NCBI GenBank assembly: GCA_041752695.1
Contig: JBGSVZ010000038.1
Location: 64,001-128,000, forward strand
Length of the DNA: 64,000 nucleotides
Direction of reading: 5' to 3'
Origin: Terrimicrobiaceae bacterium
GTDB taxonomy: Bacteria > Verrucomicrobiota > Verrucomicrobiia > Chthoniobacterales > Terrimicrobiaceae
The translations under genes were made by a program, and so were the position numbers. How positions within the stretch are numbered: position 1 is the stretch's first letter; each line of letters begins with the position of its first letter. This document shows, piece after piece, positions 18,988-29,004 of the stretch. The notes beneath the pieces were generated by a model, which was given only the letters and a program-made list of their open reading frames with translations, did not search any database and had not been told where the DNA came from.

Positions 18988-21144
18988 GTGAGCACGGATC
19001 GCTGGATCGAACTCGATCTCTTTTTCTTCCGGGAGAAACCCTTTCAAGAGCAGGCTGCGGATTTGATTGCCCGCCTCGCTCCACTGTATCGTGACGTGGC
19101 TGGCGATTATGGTATCGTTCTGTGCTGCGCCTGGCTTTGTGATCTTGTGACCGAGTGGAACGGCGATCCTTGGCAAAAATTGCCCTTTCGCAGCGCGACC
19201 ATGAGTTCCTGGTCAGCCTGCAGCTACACGGATCTCAAGGAGTTGATTGAGGTTTTGAAGAGCGAGGCAGCAAAAGCGTGCCTGCCTCGCTTGAAGGTCG
19301 GGGTCATGATGGTGGCCTGGGGCAAGTTCGACTGGGGGGAGGGCGGAGGGTATGATCTCAAAAGCGGCTGGTATGACCGGCACCCGGAGATCTATTTCGA
19401 GGACTTCTGGAAGAACATCAACTACCGGAAACGACTGGAGGCGGACGATTATTGTTATGCCTCCCGTCCTGATGGCATCGCGGAGGGCACGTCGTTCACC
19501 ACGTTTTTCTCCGGCCAGTGGGCCTTGCTTTCCCGCTTCCTAGAGGTGGATGCCGTGCATTTTCGCGACGGTTTTCTCGGTCCGGCGATCTATGAAATGA
19601 TCGGTCCCTTTGGAAAAAAGGGCCCGGCTGATCCGGCGCTGGCCGCGGACTGGAGTCGCGAGCTTGTGGGGTTCTTCCAAGCCGCAAAAGCGGCAAACCC
19701 TTCCTGTCTCGTCATGTTGTATTCCTCCGCGCGCAGCGCCGTAGGAGAATACAGGGTCGGGTGTTTTGATCTGGAGGCGGTCGTCGCTTCCGGTGGGATT
19801 GATGTGTGGATTGACCAGACCTGGGCCGGCGCGTGGCAGGATTGGTGGAATCATGAGTTTCGCGGCTGGACCTTCCAGCTGGCTAATCTCATCACGCATC
19901 ACGCGATGGTGGTGTCTGGCAACCGCAAGCGGACGACGCCCTGCAAACATTATCATCTCATCGAAACGTGGGACGCCTGGGAACCGTGGGACACCTTGCA
20001 CCAGACACCGATGAAACTGCGCTGGGGTATGTGGGCCTTTTCCCATGCGTCTGTCGCGACGGGGGATGGACTCAGTCGCACGACGGGTTCCTATATTTCC
20101 TGGGCGCATGACTGGCGGGGGAATTTGCTCAGTCCCGACGACGTCGGGTTTCTGCAAAGACACCTCAATGCCGCCATCGAAAACGCGGACGAACTGGAGG
20201 AGGTCTATGGGCCTGCGCTGGCTTTAAACTCTCCGGAAATGGCCGCGCAGCAGGCCTCTCATCCCGAGAACATTGTCGGAGATCTCATTGATGACGAATG
20301 CGCCATGCTGATGAAATGGGGGGTTCCCTGTCTGTCGGGCGTGGGGCTGGATGTTCCGCCGGTCGCGCGGGAGGGGTACGTTTTGCAAAACCCCGCCCGG
20401 CTTTCCCCGGAATGGCGCGACCATTTGCTAAGTTCCGAAACGTCTTATGCCGCCGGCCCGGGGAACAAAATCGATGATCTTTTGCTCAAGGACATCGGCG
20501 TGGACGATGGGGAAATCGAATATGGCTTCGGTAAACATCATCTGCATCAGCCCGTCAGCACGGCAGACCAAATCGGCAAGGTCGCCTCGGTGTCCATGGC
20601 GCCGACCCGCAAGTTCACGGCGGGGATGGCCACTGTGCTTGTGGAAACTGAGAAAACCGTTCTGGTGGCCAAAAACGGAGCGGCTCCGCATTTCCTCTGG
20701 CAACCGCCTTATCCGTTCATTCAAACGACGTCCTGTTTCAGTCAGGCGCAGTACGGTTCCCTGGCTCCATTTATCGCCCTTTCCCGGGCGTGGCATCGGT
20801 CCCAGCAAGGCCATGCCTCCGCCTGGGTCTCGGATTTTGCCTGCCACCTTCCTGTTGCCTTTCACCTCTGGCGGAGTGGAGGGGCGGTTTTTGTACTTTT
20901 GGGAAACTTGGAAACCGGGATTGTCGGGGGCTCCCGGTCGCCGCGCGAGATCACCTTCACTCTCAACAAAACGGTGCTGAAACTCCCCGTGAGCCCTCTA
21001 CATTTGGAGAATCTCGATGACGGAACAGCCGTCGCGAGTGTTTCGGATGCAGATGGCGACTGCGTCTTCCAGGTCGCCCTCGCGCCTCAGGCATCAGCCA
21101 TCTATCGGTTGTGTGGCATAGCGTCGGAGACGGTAGATTGTTAA
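18988..21144 (+). CDS. Hypothetical Trp-rich protein, possibly a TIM-barrel carbohydrate-active enzyme
   Basis: 718-aa ORF in operon with the GH16 and SGNH genes; no signal peptide; no family recognised. Confidence 0.6.
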   Translation: MSTDRWIELDLFFFREKPFQEQAADLIARLAPLYRDVAGDYGIVLCCAWLCDLVTEWNGDPWQKLPFRSATMSSWSACSYTDLKELIEVLKSEAAKACLPRLKVGVMMVAWGKFDWGEGGGYDLKSGWYDRHPEIYFEDFWKNINYRKRLEADDYCYASRPDGIAEGTSFTTFFSGQWALLSRFLEVDAVHFRDGFLGPAIYEMIGPFGKKGPADPALAADWSRELVGFFQAAKAANPSCLVMLYSSARSAVGEYRVGCFDLEAVVASGGIDVWIDQTWAGAWQDWWNHEFRGWTFQLANLITHHAMVVSGNRKRTTPCKHYHLIETWDAWEPWDTLHQTPMKLRWGMWAFSHASVATGDGLSRTTGSYISWAHDWRGNLLSPDDVGFLQRHLNAAIENADELEEVYGPALALNSPEMAAQQASHPENIVGDLIDDECAMLMKWGVPCLSGVGLDVPPVAREGYVLQNPARLSPEWRDHLLSSETSYAAGPGNKIDDLLLKDIGVDDGEIEYGFGKHHLHQPVSTADQIGKVASVSMAPTRKFTAGMATVLVETEKTVLVAKNGAAPHFLWQPPYPFIQTTSCFSQAQYGSLAPFIALSRAWHRSQQGHASAWVSDFACHLPVAFHLWRSGGAVFVLLGNLETGIVGGSRSPREITFTLNKTVLKLPVSPLHLENLDDGTAVASVSDADGDCVFQVALAPQASAIYRLCGIASETVDC

Positions 21145-21157
21145 CCTTTGTTTCGCG

Positions 21158-22825
21158 TCATTTCGCGTTTTTAGCGGGCCTGATGTCCTCTTCCGCTTCG
21201 GAAACCCAACGGGCGAAAGTTTCGAGCTGGGAATAGTCGTTCTCCCAAGTCGTGTACATCACGCCGATTAATCCCGGAACTTTTTGGGCCGCGCTTAGCC
21301 AGGGTTTGATGGCGGCCGGATCGCTGTCATAAAAGCCCGCCAGAATTTGCGGATGCCCCCGGCCGGAGAAAAAGGCCGGGCTTCTCTCCGGTTGGCCGGA
21401 GTTCCAATTCACGATCACGACCGAGGGTTTCAGTCCCTCGCAGGAACCGTGCAGGTCGCCGTTGACCAAATAATAGTCTTTCACCGCGTTGTGGTGGGGG
21501 TCGAACATATCGCTCCAGACGTAGATGCGCGCCCCCGGCGCGGTCTTGGCCAGGATGTCCTGACACGTCCGGACATTGTCCGCGACGAGTTCTCCCGGGG
21601 TGAGCCCGCGCCTCTGGCACGCCGCGTCCCAACCGAGGACGCGCCACTCGTCGTGGAGCATCATATAGGCGTCCGAATCCCAGAGTTCGTGCAGCGTTTG
21701 GGCCTGCTTTCGCAAGATGTCGATCGTTTCCGGTTCACTGGGGCAAATGCACATCTGGCCATTGTGAATACTATGCGGGTGGTAGAAAGAGACCCTTAGT
21801 CGTGTGCCATCGGGAAGTTTGGTGCGGAGGGGAGGGGGCTCGTGCCAGGCGTCGTATTTCCCGGTGGAAGGCGGGTTCCCCATGCGCAGATCCGTGACCG
21901 GCTCGAAATCGATTCCCTCCTTAAGCGGGCTGGCGTCTTCGTTTGTCACCGTTAGCGGGCAGCCATCCCGCCGTAAAACATTGCGGAGCCCCTCTTCGTG
22001 AATCTGCGCGTCCTTCCACCAAACGGTTCCTCGCGCCGGGCCCCAGGTTCCCAAATACACACCCACCTCGTCGTGATCGAGGGAATTGAAGGTGATGTTA
22101 TGCGACGTCCAATCCTGTGTGGATTTGACGTCGATGGTGGTAAAACTCAGGGGCTTCTGTCCGTTCCCCAGAACCTTGATGTCCGGCTTGCCGGTGAAAT
22201 TCAAAGTCTTGGTCCGCACCGAAACCGTATATTGCCGAAACTTGGCAACCGGGACGGGAGCGTGAAACCTTGCGCTGCCGCCGGGCTCGGTAGCTTTGAG
22301 TGTGTCATCCTCGGAAACCAGGGTTCCATCGGCAAATTTCCACTCCCTAAGGTTCTCCCTCTTGGTGCCGGGAAGGGAAACGGGCGGATCGGCCACAATC
22401 CTTGCTTCGCCGCCGTATACGACAAAAAGCGCCTCCTTCACGGGCAGCCCCTCGGCCAGATGGGGGTTGTGAACGAGATGCTCGTTGGAATATCCCATCC
22501 CAAACAGGGCAGGAACAATTGTGATTCCATGCTTTGCCGCTGCCCGTTGGACCTCTGCGCAGTTTTCCCGATAGCTGACCGGCACCTCTTCCAGCTTGCT
22601 GAATTTTGAATCGGTCAGGAGCACGTGTGTAAAACCCGTTGCGGCACCCCTCGCAAAAAGCGCCTCTGCTTTCACCACGTTTTGCGGGTTTTGCAGATTG
22701 GTGCTCAGATAAATCCAGCGCTCCAGCGGGGCGGCCGTGGCCTCTCCGCCGCCTGCGCAGAGGCCTGCGGTGAGGACAAGGGTTTGCACGGCTTTTTGGA
22801 GGTTGGTGAGAAACCGGGGTATCAT
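21158..22825 (-). CDS. Secreted putative glycoside hydrolase (TIM-barrel-like with an inserted CBM-like domain)
   Basis: Signal peptide; MMLHDEW (resembles the GH20 acid pair), VWSDMF, VNWN and GVMYTTW; central beta-rich segment. Confidence 0.65.
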   Translation of the reverse strand: MIPRFLTNLQKAVQTLVLTAGLCAGGGEATAAPLERWIYLSTNLQNPQNVVKAEALFARGAATGFTHVLLTDSKFSKLEEVPVSYRENCAEVQRAAAKHGITIVPALFGMGYSNEHLVHNPHLAEGLPVKEALFVVYGGEARIVADPPVSLPGTKRENLREWKFADGTLVSEDDTLKATEPGGSARFHAPVPVAKFRQYTVSVRTKTLNFTGKPDIKVLGNGQKPLSFTTIDVKSTQDWTSHNITFNSLDHDEVGVYLGTWGPARGTVWWKDAQIHEEGLRNVLRRDGCPLTVTNEDASPLKEGIDFEPVTDLRMGNPPSTGKYDAWHEPPPLRTKLPDGTRLRVSFYHPHSIHNGQMCICPSEPETIDILRKQAQTLHELWDSDAYMMLHDEWRVLGWDAACQRRGLTPGELVADNVRTCQDILAKTAPGARIYVWSDMFDPHHNAVKDYYLVNGDLHGSCEGLKPSVVIVNWNSGQPERSPAFFSGRGHPQILAGFYDSDPAAIKPWLSAAQKVPGLIGVMYTTWENDYSQLETFARWVSEAEEDIRPAKNAK

Positions 22826-22905
22826 GAGAGAAAATTGTGGTTTTGCGGCGCGAAACACGTGATCACCCTGGGCGTTTCGGGCGTCTTTGTTGAAGACGGA
22901 AAGCA

Positions 22906-22920
22906 AGTTAACTGTTAACT
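22906..22920. promoter_or_regulatory. Candidate operator, copy 2 (perfect 15-bp odd palindrome)
   Basis: AGTTAAC-T-GTTAACT between divergent genes. Confidence 0.75.
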
Positions 22921-22940
22921 GACAAAGCCGGAAATTGGAT

Positions 22941-22968
22941 TTGCAACTCCACAAGGCTCCAACATAAT
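22941..22968 (+). promoter_or_regulatory. Putative sigma70-type promoter of the PEP-CTERM gene
   Basis: TTGCAA-N16-CATAAT, ending 9 bp before the ATG at 22978 (near-leaderless). Confidence 0.5.
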
Positions 22969-22977
22969 TTGCCCCTC

Positions 22978-23943
22978 ATGACGAAGACATCCCTCCTCCC
23001 TAAGTCCCTCCTTTGCGCTCTGGCTGTTGCCGGTGCCGCGACTTCGAGCCAAGCCACCCTCCTCGTTCAAGAAAGCTTTAACTACGGAGGTTCGACGATA
23101 GCGAACATCAACGGCACGACGGAAACTGGCACCGGGTTACAAGGAAATTGGACGGTGACGAATGCGTTGCCCGGGGGTGGGCTGGCTTCGAGTGCTTATC
23201 AGACGACCGGCCTGAGTTTCGGTTCAAGTTTTGCAGCAGGCACAGGTGGCGCGCTGTTGCAAACAACCAGGTACAGCGGATCGAATGCGCAGTCGAGCGC
23301 AACGGTTCAATTGGACATCACCACGACTACGGGGGACATCTGGGGAAGTTATCTGGTGAATTATACCACGCTCAGCAACGGTGCCAGTGGTGCCGCAATC
23401 CAGGGAATTGGCACGTCGTCAACGGGAGCGACAGTAAATCTGGGTAACCGGGTGAACACCAACGCGACGGCTGGCAATACGACAACTTCGGTTTTCTATG
23501 ACTCGACGCTTACGACGTCGGCTGCGAGCACGCTCATCTCCACGAGCACAACCTACATGGTTCTCTCCAAATTCACAAATGTGGGAACTACTCTCTCCGG
23601 TGGATCGCCTGGAGTTGCGACGACATGGTATTTTACACAGACGGGATATGAGAGTTGGCTGACCATTGGGGGAGGTCTCGAGGCGAACTTGAGCACGTAT
23701 GCGGTTAAGTCCGGCTCTGACACGGTGACCTCGGGGCAGATCAACTTCGATTCGAACGGTTTTCTCACCTTGAAATCTGATGCGCCCGATATCAACAATT
23801 TCCAGGTTGTTGCGGTATTCGATGAAATTCGCTATGGCACCACGATCTATGATGTTGGAGTCATCCCCGAGCCATCCGCCACCGCACTGCTCTTCGGTGC
23901 GGGTGTGAGTGTGCTTCTCTTCCGCCGCAAGCGCGGGATCTGA
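22978..23943 (+). CDS. PEP-CTERM sorting-domain surface protein
   Basis: Signal peptide, Thr/Ser/Gly-rich body, C-terminal IPEPSATALLFGAGVSVLLFRRKR. Confidence 0.95.
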   Translation: MTKTSLLPKSLLCALAVAGAATSSQATLLVQESFNYGGSTIANINGTTETGTGLQGNWTVTNALPGGGLASSAYQTTGLSFGSSFAAGTGGALLQTTRYSGSNAQSSATVQLDITTTTGDIWGSYLVNYTTLSNGASGAAIQGIGTSSTGATVNLGNRVNTNATAGNTTTSVFYDSTLTTSAASTLISTSTTYMVLSKFTNVGTTLSGGSPGVATTWYFTQTGYESWLTIGGGLEANLSTYAVKSGSDTVTSGQINFDSNGFLTLKSDAPDINNFQVVAVFDEIRYGTTIYDVGVIPEPSATALLFGAGVSVLLFRRKRGI

Positions 23944-24029
23944 GATTTCAGGTTGAAAATCAGTCCGCCTTTGAACGTCTCTCCTGTGCGCAGCGATGCG
24001 GGCCGGAGAGATTTTCGTTCCTTCGCCCT

Positions 24030-24773
24030 ATGAAAACGTCCTCCCGCCTATTGCTAATGGTTCTTTTGTTTCTCACCTTGGCTCCGTGTTTTTCGCGGGC
24101 CCAGGCTGATGGACCGACGCCGTATCCCGATCCGGAAGACACGAATGCGTGGCCGGGAGTGGGGCCCATTCGGGTTTTTCCGTACATGACGGACAATCGA
24201 AAGAGTTTTTGGACCCGGCGAGCGCAGGCTCATAATTCCGTCGTTTTTGTCGGTGATTCCTTGATGGAAGGCTATAATGTCAAGGAGGCGTTTCCCGATG
24301 TGCAGGTTGCCAACCGTGCCATTGGCGGCGATGTGACGCGGGGCGTCTTGTTCCGGCTCAAGGAGGATGTGATCGACATCAATCCCCAAGCCGTTGTGCT
24401 TTGCATCGGCAGCAACGACTTGAGCAGCCATGCGAATACCGCGGGAGTGGCGGGAAACATCGAGGAGATTATCCGCCAGTTGCGGGAGTCGAATGAAAAA
24501 TTGCCTATTGCCCTGCTCCTGGTGCCGCCGCGCGACGTGGACGATGCGCCTTTGAAGCCAGGAGCCCTGGCGGATCTGAACGAAAAAATCCGGAGATTGG
24601 GCGACGGACGGGAAAATATCGAGGTGGTCGATATCTTTACTTCCATGGCGGACGATATGGGGATGCCTTTGCCGGAACTTTTTGACTCCCGAAAAATTCA
24701 TCCGACTCCGGCTGGCTATGCCAAATGGACGGAGTTGATAACGCCGGCTTTGGCGAAGCTCGGGGTCAAATAA
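24030..24773 (+). CDS. Secreted GDSL esterase
   Basis: FVGDSL, NRAIGGD, IGSND and xxIHP. Confidence 0.9.
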   Translation: MKTSSRLLLMVLLFLTLAPCFSRAQADGPTPYPDPEDTNAWPGVGPIRVFPYMTDNRKSFWTRRAQAHNSVVFVGDSLMEGYNVKEAFPDVQVANRAIGGDVTRGVLFRLKEDVIDINPQAVVLCIGSNDLSSHANTAGVAGNIEEIIRQLRESNEKLPIALLLVPPRDVDDAPLKPGALADLNEKIRRLGDGRENIEVVDIFTSMADDMGMPLPELFDSRKIHPTPAGYAKWTELITPALAKLGVK

Positions 24774-24868
24774 AAACACGACGAGCGGCACGGATCTCGA
24801 GAAGCCGTCGCGACGCGGGTGGGGACCATATGCGTAGCGCTGGGAGATCCGTGTCGCCGTTTTGAGTC

Positions 24869-25540
24869 ATGAATATCTGGACCCAAATCTATGACCCACT
24901 GCAAAACCCCGCGTTCTCGACGGCGGCCGCGGCGGTGCCCGCGGTTGCCCTTCTTTCCTGCATCGGGATTTTCCGTCTTCGGGTGCACCTCTCGGCCTTC
25001 ATTGGATTGGTAATCGCCCTGTTAATTGCGACTTTGATTTATCGCATGCCGGTTGATGCCGCGCTGGCGAGCGGTTTTTACGGTGCGGGTTTCGGTCTTT
25101 TTCCCATTGGCTGGATTATCCTGAATATTGTTTTCCTCTATCAGCTTACGGTCAAACGCGGGCACTTTGAGATTCTGCGAGGCAGTCTGGTTTCCATCGC
25201 GCCGGATCCAAGGATCCAGGTGATTCTGATCGCATATGCGGGGTCGGACGCCTCTTCAAACGTCCTGTTTGGCAGCCTGCAAAAAATCACCGCTCAGCAA
25301 ATCGGCATTGATCCCGCGCTGATGTGCGCCGCCAATACCTCCGGCGGGGTGATGGGCAAAATGGTGGCGGCGCAGAGTATCGTGGTGGTAAGCACGGCCA
25401 CAAATTGGTACGGCCACGAAGGCGACATCCTGCGCCGGGTTTTTCTGCACAGCATTGCGCTGGTTTTTCTCATGGGCGGGCTGGTGTATCTCCAGGCCTA
25501 CGTTTTTCCCTTCACTTGGCTGGTGGACTCCCTGCGATGA
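24869..25540 (+). pseudogene. lldP: L-lactate permease with a large in-frame internal deletion
   Basis: LldP N-terminus (WTQIYDPL...[10 protein letters not shown]) is joined directly to the C-terminus ([11 protein letters not shown]...[11 protein letters not shown]...EGDILR). 223 aa versus roughly 550 for the family. Confidence 0.85.
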
Positions 25541-26514
25541 CTATAAATATTCGTAAAACTGCCCTCTGTTCGTTTTTTCTCGCACCGGCCCTCCTTCTTA
25601 CTGCGCAGGCCGCCTGGGCCGGGGAGGTGGAGGAAGTCAAACTGCTGACGGTGGGAAACAGTTTTGCGGACAACAGCACGCGGTACCTGGCGGATTTCGC
25701 GAAAGATGCCGGAAAAAAACTGCGACTTTATCAAGCTAATCTCGGTGCGCATTCCCTGCAGATGCACGTCGGATACATGAGGGCTTACGAGGCGAATCGC
25801 GACGATCCCAAGGGGTCTCCCTACACGGGAATCGCCGATCCCGCGACGGGAGCCAAACCGAAACTCAGCCTGTGCCAAGCACTCGAGTTGGAAGAATGGG
25901 ACTACGTATCCATTCAGCAAGTCAGCACACTGAGTTATCAGGCCAATTCCTATGAGCCTTATGCCGGCGAGCTGATTGCCTATATTCGAAAGCACGCGCC
26001 TAAGGCAAAGATTCTTGGCCTGGAAACCTGGGCCCATCGGGAGGATAGCTGGATGTTTCAAAAACTCACCACCCAGGAGCGCATGCACCAAGGCATTCAG
26101 AAGGCCTATGCCGAGCTCTCCGCCCGCCATGGTATCGCGATTCTCCCCGTGGGCGATGCGTTTCAAGCGGCTCGGGCGACACCCGAATGGAAGTTCCAAT
26201 TTCCCGATCCCAACTTTGACAGGGCCACTGCCAAACCCGATCAGCTTCCCGCGCAACCGGGTAGCCTGAATGTCGGTTGGAAGTGGGAGAAGGACTTCGA
26301 GACGAAGGAGATGAAGCTCGTCAACGATCCGGCCCACTGCAATGCAGCCGGGCAATATCTGGCGACGGCCGTGCTGTTCGATGCCTTGTTTGGGGGCGTC
26401 GAGAAAATCACTTTCTGCCCGCCCAAAATGACTCCCGAACAGGCGGCTTCTCTGCGCAAGATTGCCCACGAAACCGTGGCGGCCAGCCCGATGGGGACCG
26501 CGGGAGGACGCTAG
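25537..26514 (+). CDS. Secreted SGNH-like protein (DUF4886-like)
   Basis: [30 protein letters not shown] and DPAH. Confidence 0.8.
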   Translation: MTINIRKTALCSFFLAPALLLTAQAAWAGEVEEVKLLTVGNSFADNSTRYLADFAKDAGKKLRLYQANLGAHSLQMHVGYMRAYEANRDDPKGSPYTGIADPATGAKPKLSLCQALELEEWDYVSIQQVSTLSYQANSYEPYAGELIAYIRKHAPKAKILGLETWAHREDSWMFQKLTTQERMHQGIQKAYAELSARHGIAILPVGDAFQAARATPEWKFQFPDPNFDRATAKPDQLPAQPGSLNVGWKWEKDFETKEMKLVNDPAHCNAAGQYLATAVLFDALFGGVEKITFCPPKMTPEQAASLRKIAHETVAASPMGTAGGR

Positions 26515-26579
26515 GCTGCGCGTAGTTCCAGAAGAGAACGAAACCCGAACGCTTTCCGTAACGGAATGTGTGGTGCGGG

Positions 26580-27344
26580 TTATCGGACTCCCAACTTCTG
26601 GAAGGCCGGGACGGCCAGTTCGGCCCATTTGTTATATCCAGCGGGACTCAAATGGGTTTTGTCCGGCGCAAAATAGATTTCATTGATTCCGCCGTCAGGA
26701 CCGGAAAACTTTGTGTAGAGATCGAGGAGCACGAGATTCTCTTTTCCTTCGGCCAGCTTGGTCACGCGGGCATTCAGATCCGCGGCGGCCCCGGGTTTGT
26801 ATGGGGCTTTCGGATTGGCGGAAGGCGGACGCAGGCAAAGAACGATCGGAACCTTGGGATTGGACTGCCGGGCCTCTTCAATCATGGCGGCGATATTCGC
26901 CTCCGTGGCCGCGGGATCGCCATGCGCACTCAAGTCATTCCCGCCGACCAGAAGCATGATGGCGCGCGGCTTAAGATCGATCACATCCTCTTTGAATCGA
27001 AACCGGAGGCCCCGGCTGGTGTCCCCACCAACTCCCCGGTTGGCGATCCTCATGCCGGGAAATTTCTCCGCCAGAATCTCCGGTTTCCACCCGGCGGTGA
27101 GCGAGTCGCCCACAAAAACGACCGCCCCTTGGTCGCGGTTCCTTTGTTTCCAAAAGGCGGCGCGATTGCTCACCATCCACTCGAAACATCGGATCGGTCC
27201 CTGGCCGGGCCAGGCGGTTTCATCTTTCGAGTCCGGGTAAGGAGTGGGTCCATCGGCCCGGGCTTCCGGGAACAGAGTGAAGCCGGTTGCGAAGAGGGTT
27301 AATAAGGTAGCGGAGAAACGGAATTTTCTCATAGGAAGACTCAT
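26580..27344 (-). CDS. Secreted GDSL esterase, paralog of 24030-24773
   Basis: FVGDSL, NRGVGGD, GGND and DKTH; shared N-terminal ADGPTPYPD...AWPG.GPIR. Confidence 0.9.
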   Translation of the reverse strand: MSLPMRKFRFSATLLTLFATGFTLFPEARADGPTPYPDSKDETAWPGQGPIRCFEWMVSNRAAFWKQRNRDQGAVVFVGDSLTAGWKPEILAEKFPGMRIANRGVGGDTSRGLRFRFKEDVIDLKPRAIMLLVGGNDLSAHGDPAATEANIAAMIEEARQSNPKVPIVLCLRPPSANPKAPYKPGAAADLNARVTKLAEGKENLVLLDLYTKFSGPDGGINEIYFAPDKTHLSPAGYNKWAELAVPAFQKLGVR

Positions 27345-27414
27345 GGCTTCAGGTTACGGCAGGCCGCCGCACATGCAAAACAATAGGCGGATTTACGCAG
27401 CGGATTCTTGCATA

Positions 27415-27427
27415 AGTGTTAAACACT
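27415..27427. promoter_or_regulatory. Palindromic candidate operator upstream of the LacI gene
   Basis: AGTGTT-A-AACACT, 17 bp before the predicted start codon. Confidence 0.6.
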
Positions 27428-27444
27428 GATATTTTCCCCGAACC

Positions 27445-28521
27445 TTGTCTTCGATCCGGGAAATTGCCGAACACACCGGCCTGAGCACTGCCACCGTTTC
27501 GCTGGCTCTGCGGGATGTGGGACGCATTTCGTTGGCCACGCGTCTGCGGGTGAAAGCCGCGGCGGAAGAACTGGGTTACCAAGCCCAACCGTTGCTTTCC
27601 AAGGCGCTCTCGCTCATCCGGCAACCGAAAACGGAACGCTACCGGGAGACCCTTGCTTTTCTCACGGAGTTTTCGCTGGATGACCCCAATCTTGATCCGT
27701 ATCCGCTTTATCAAAAGCTGCTTCACACCGGTGCATTCGAGCGCGCCCGGAGCCTGGGGTTCAAGTTGGAATCTTTCACGCTCTCGGGGAAACCCTCCGA
27801 ACACCGGCGTCTGGGACGCGTGCTGCATGCCCGCGGTGTTCGCGGGCTGATCGTCATTCCGCGGTTGTCGTCCGACCAGCCCCGCCTTTCCTTTACCTGG
27901 GAGCATTTTGTCGCCGTCGAAATTGGCCGGACACTTTGGTATCCGCGCAATCTGCACCACGTCGAGACCGCCGAATACAACAAGATTATTGAAGCGCTGC
28001 ACTTGCTGAAAAAAGCCGGTTACCGCCGTATCGGTATGGCCGTGGAACCGGCGCAGAACAAACACCAGCGGGGCACGTTTTACGCGGCCTATTTGCTTGG
28101 GCAATTAAAGCAACCGGTCCGGCGGCGCATTCCCATTCCTTTTGCGGCCAGGGACTGGAACGAAAAGACTTTTCGCGCGTGGATGAAAAGCCACCGGCCG
28201 GATGTTCTGATCGTGCACGATCATTCTACCATCATTCCCTGGCTGAAAAATCTGAACCTTCGCGTACCGGAGGATGTTTCCCTGTTTAGCGTGAATGTGC
28301 AGGACGACTATCTTTCGGGTCTCCGCCGCGACTATCATGGGATGGGGGGGCAGGCCGTGGAAATGGTTTCCCTCATGCTGGAGAGCGACCAGCTTGGTCT
28401 CAGAGAAAATCCCCGCTGCTGGCAGGTCGAGGAGTTCTGGCAGACGGGGAAAACCCTTAGCCGGTCCATCGCACCATATATTTCCAACAAGGGGTTCCTT
28501 TTGACCCAGCCGCCTCGCTGA
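27445..28521 (+). CDS. LacI-family transcriptional regulator
   Basis: SIREIAEHTGLSTATVSLALR HTH, AEELGY, GYRRIG and LRVPEDVS. Confidence 0.93.
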   Translation: MSSIREIAEHTGLSTATVSLALRDVGRISLATRLRVKAAAEELGYQAQPLLSKALSLIRQPKTERYRETLAFLTEFSLDDPNLDPYPLYQKLLHTGAFERARSLGFKLESFTLSGKPSEHRRLGRVLHARGVRGLIVIPRLSSDQPRLSFTWEHFVAVEIGRTLWYPRNLHHVETAEYNKIIEALHLLKKAGYRRIGMAVEPAQNKHQRGTFYAAYLLGQLKQPVRRRIPIPFAARDWNEKTFRAWMKSHRPDVLIVHDHSTIIPWLKNLNLRVPEDVSLFSVNVQDDYLSGLRRDYHGMGGQAVEMVSLMLESDQLGLRENPRCWQVEEFWQTGKTLSRSIAPYISNKGFLLTQPPR

Positions 28522-29004
28522 TCAGCCCTCTTTGCTTCCTGGTGGCACTTCCAGGGCATGGGCCTTACGCTGAGAGAGATCGGGTGGCCTTCCTGAGGGA
28601 TGGTACGGGGCACATCCAGGTAGACCGGGAGCACCGGAATGGATTTCCCATTGGAATCCGTGTTGACGACGTATCAGTCGCATCTCTTTTCCATCAAGGG
28701 CCTCCCTCCAAACTGGCTACAGGGACAATCCCCGATCAGGATGGTGAGGTCAATTGTTCGTCTTTTCTGCAATCAAAAGAGGCCGCTGCCAACGCCCATA
28801 AAAATGGGAGAAAGTCCAACCGGAGGGCACTGCGATGAAAACAAGAGCGAGGGATTCAGGATCGTACGAATTAGGGAGATGGAAATGGCCCACCTGCGAT
28901 CAGGGTCGCGACGGCGTCGCTCGAGACCTCGCTGGGGAACGCGTTTTTGGTGAATTGGAAATTCTTGCTGTTTGGCGTAACCTGACGGCAGGCCGATGGG
29001 TCTT

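Noticed and set aside
28522..29004. Short ORFs between lacI and the GH50-like gene
   Set aside because: Minus-strand frames contain stops and no frame resembles a family I recognise; possibly a decayed gene, but unsupported.
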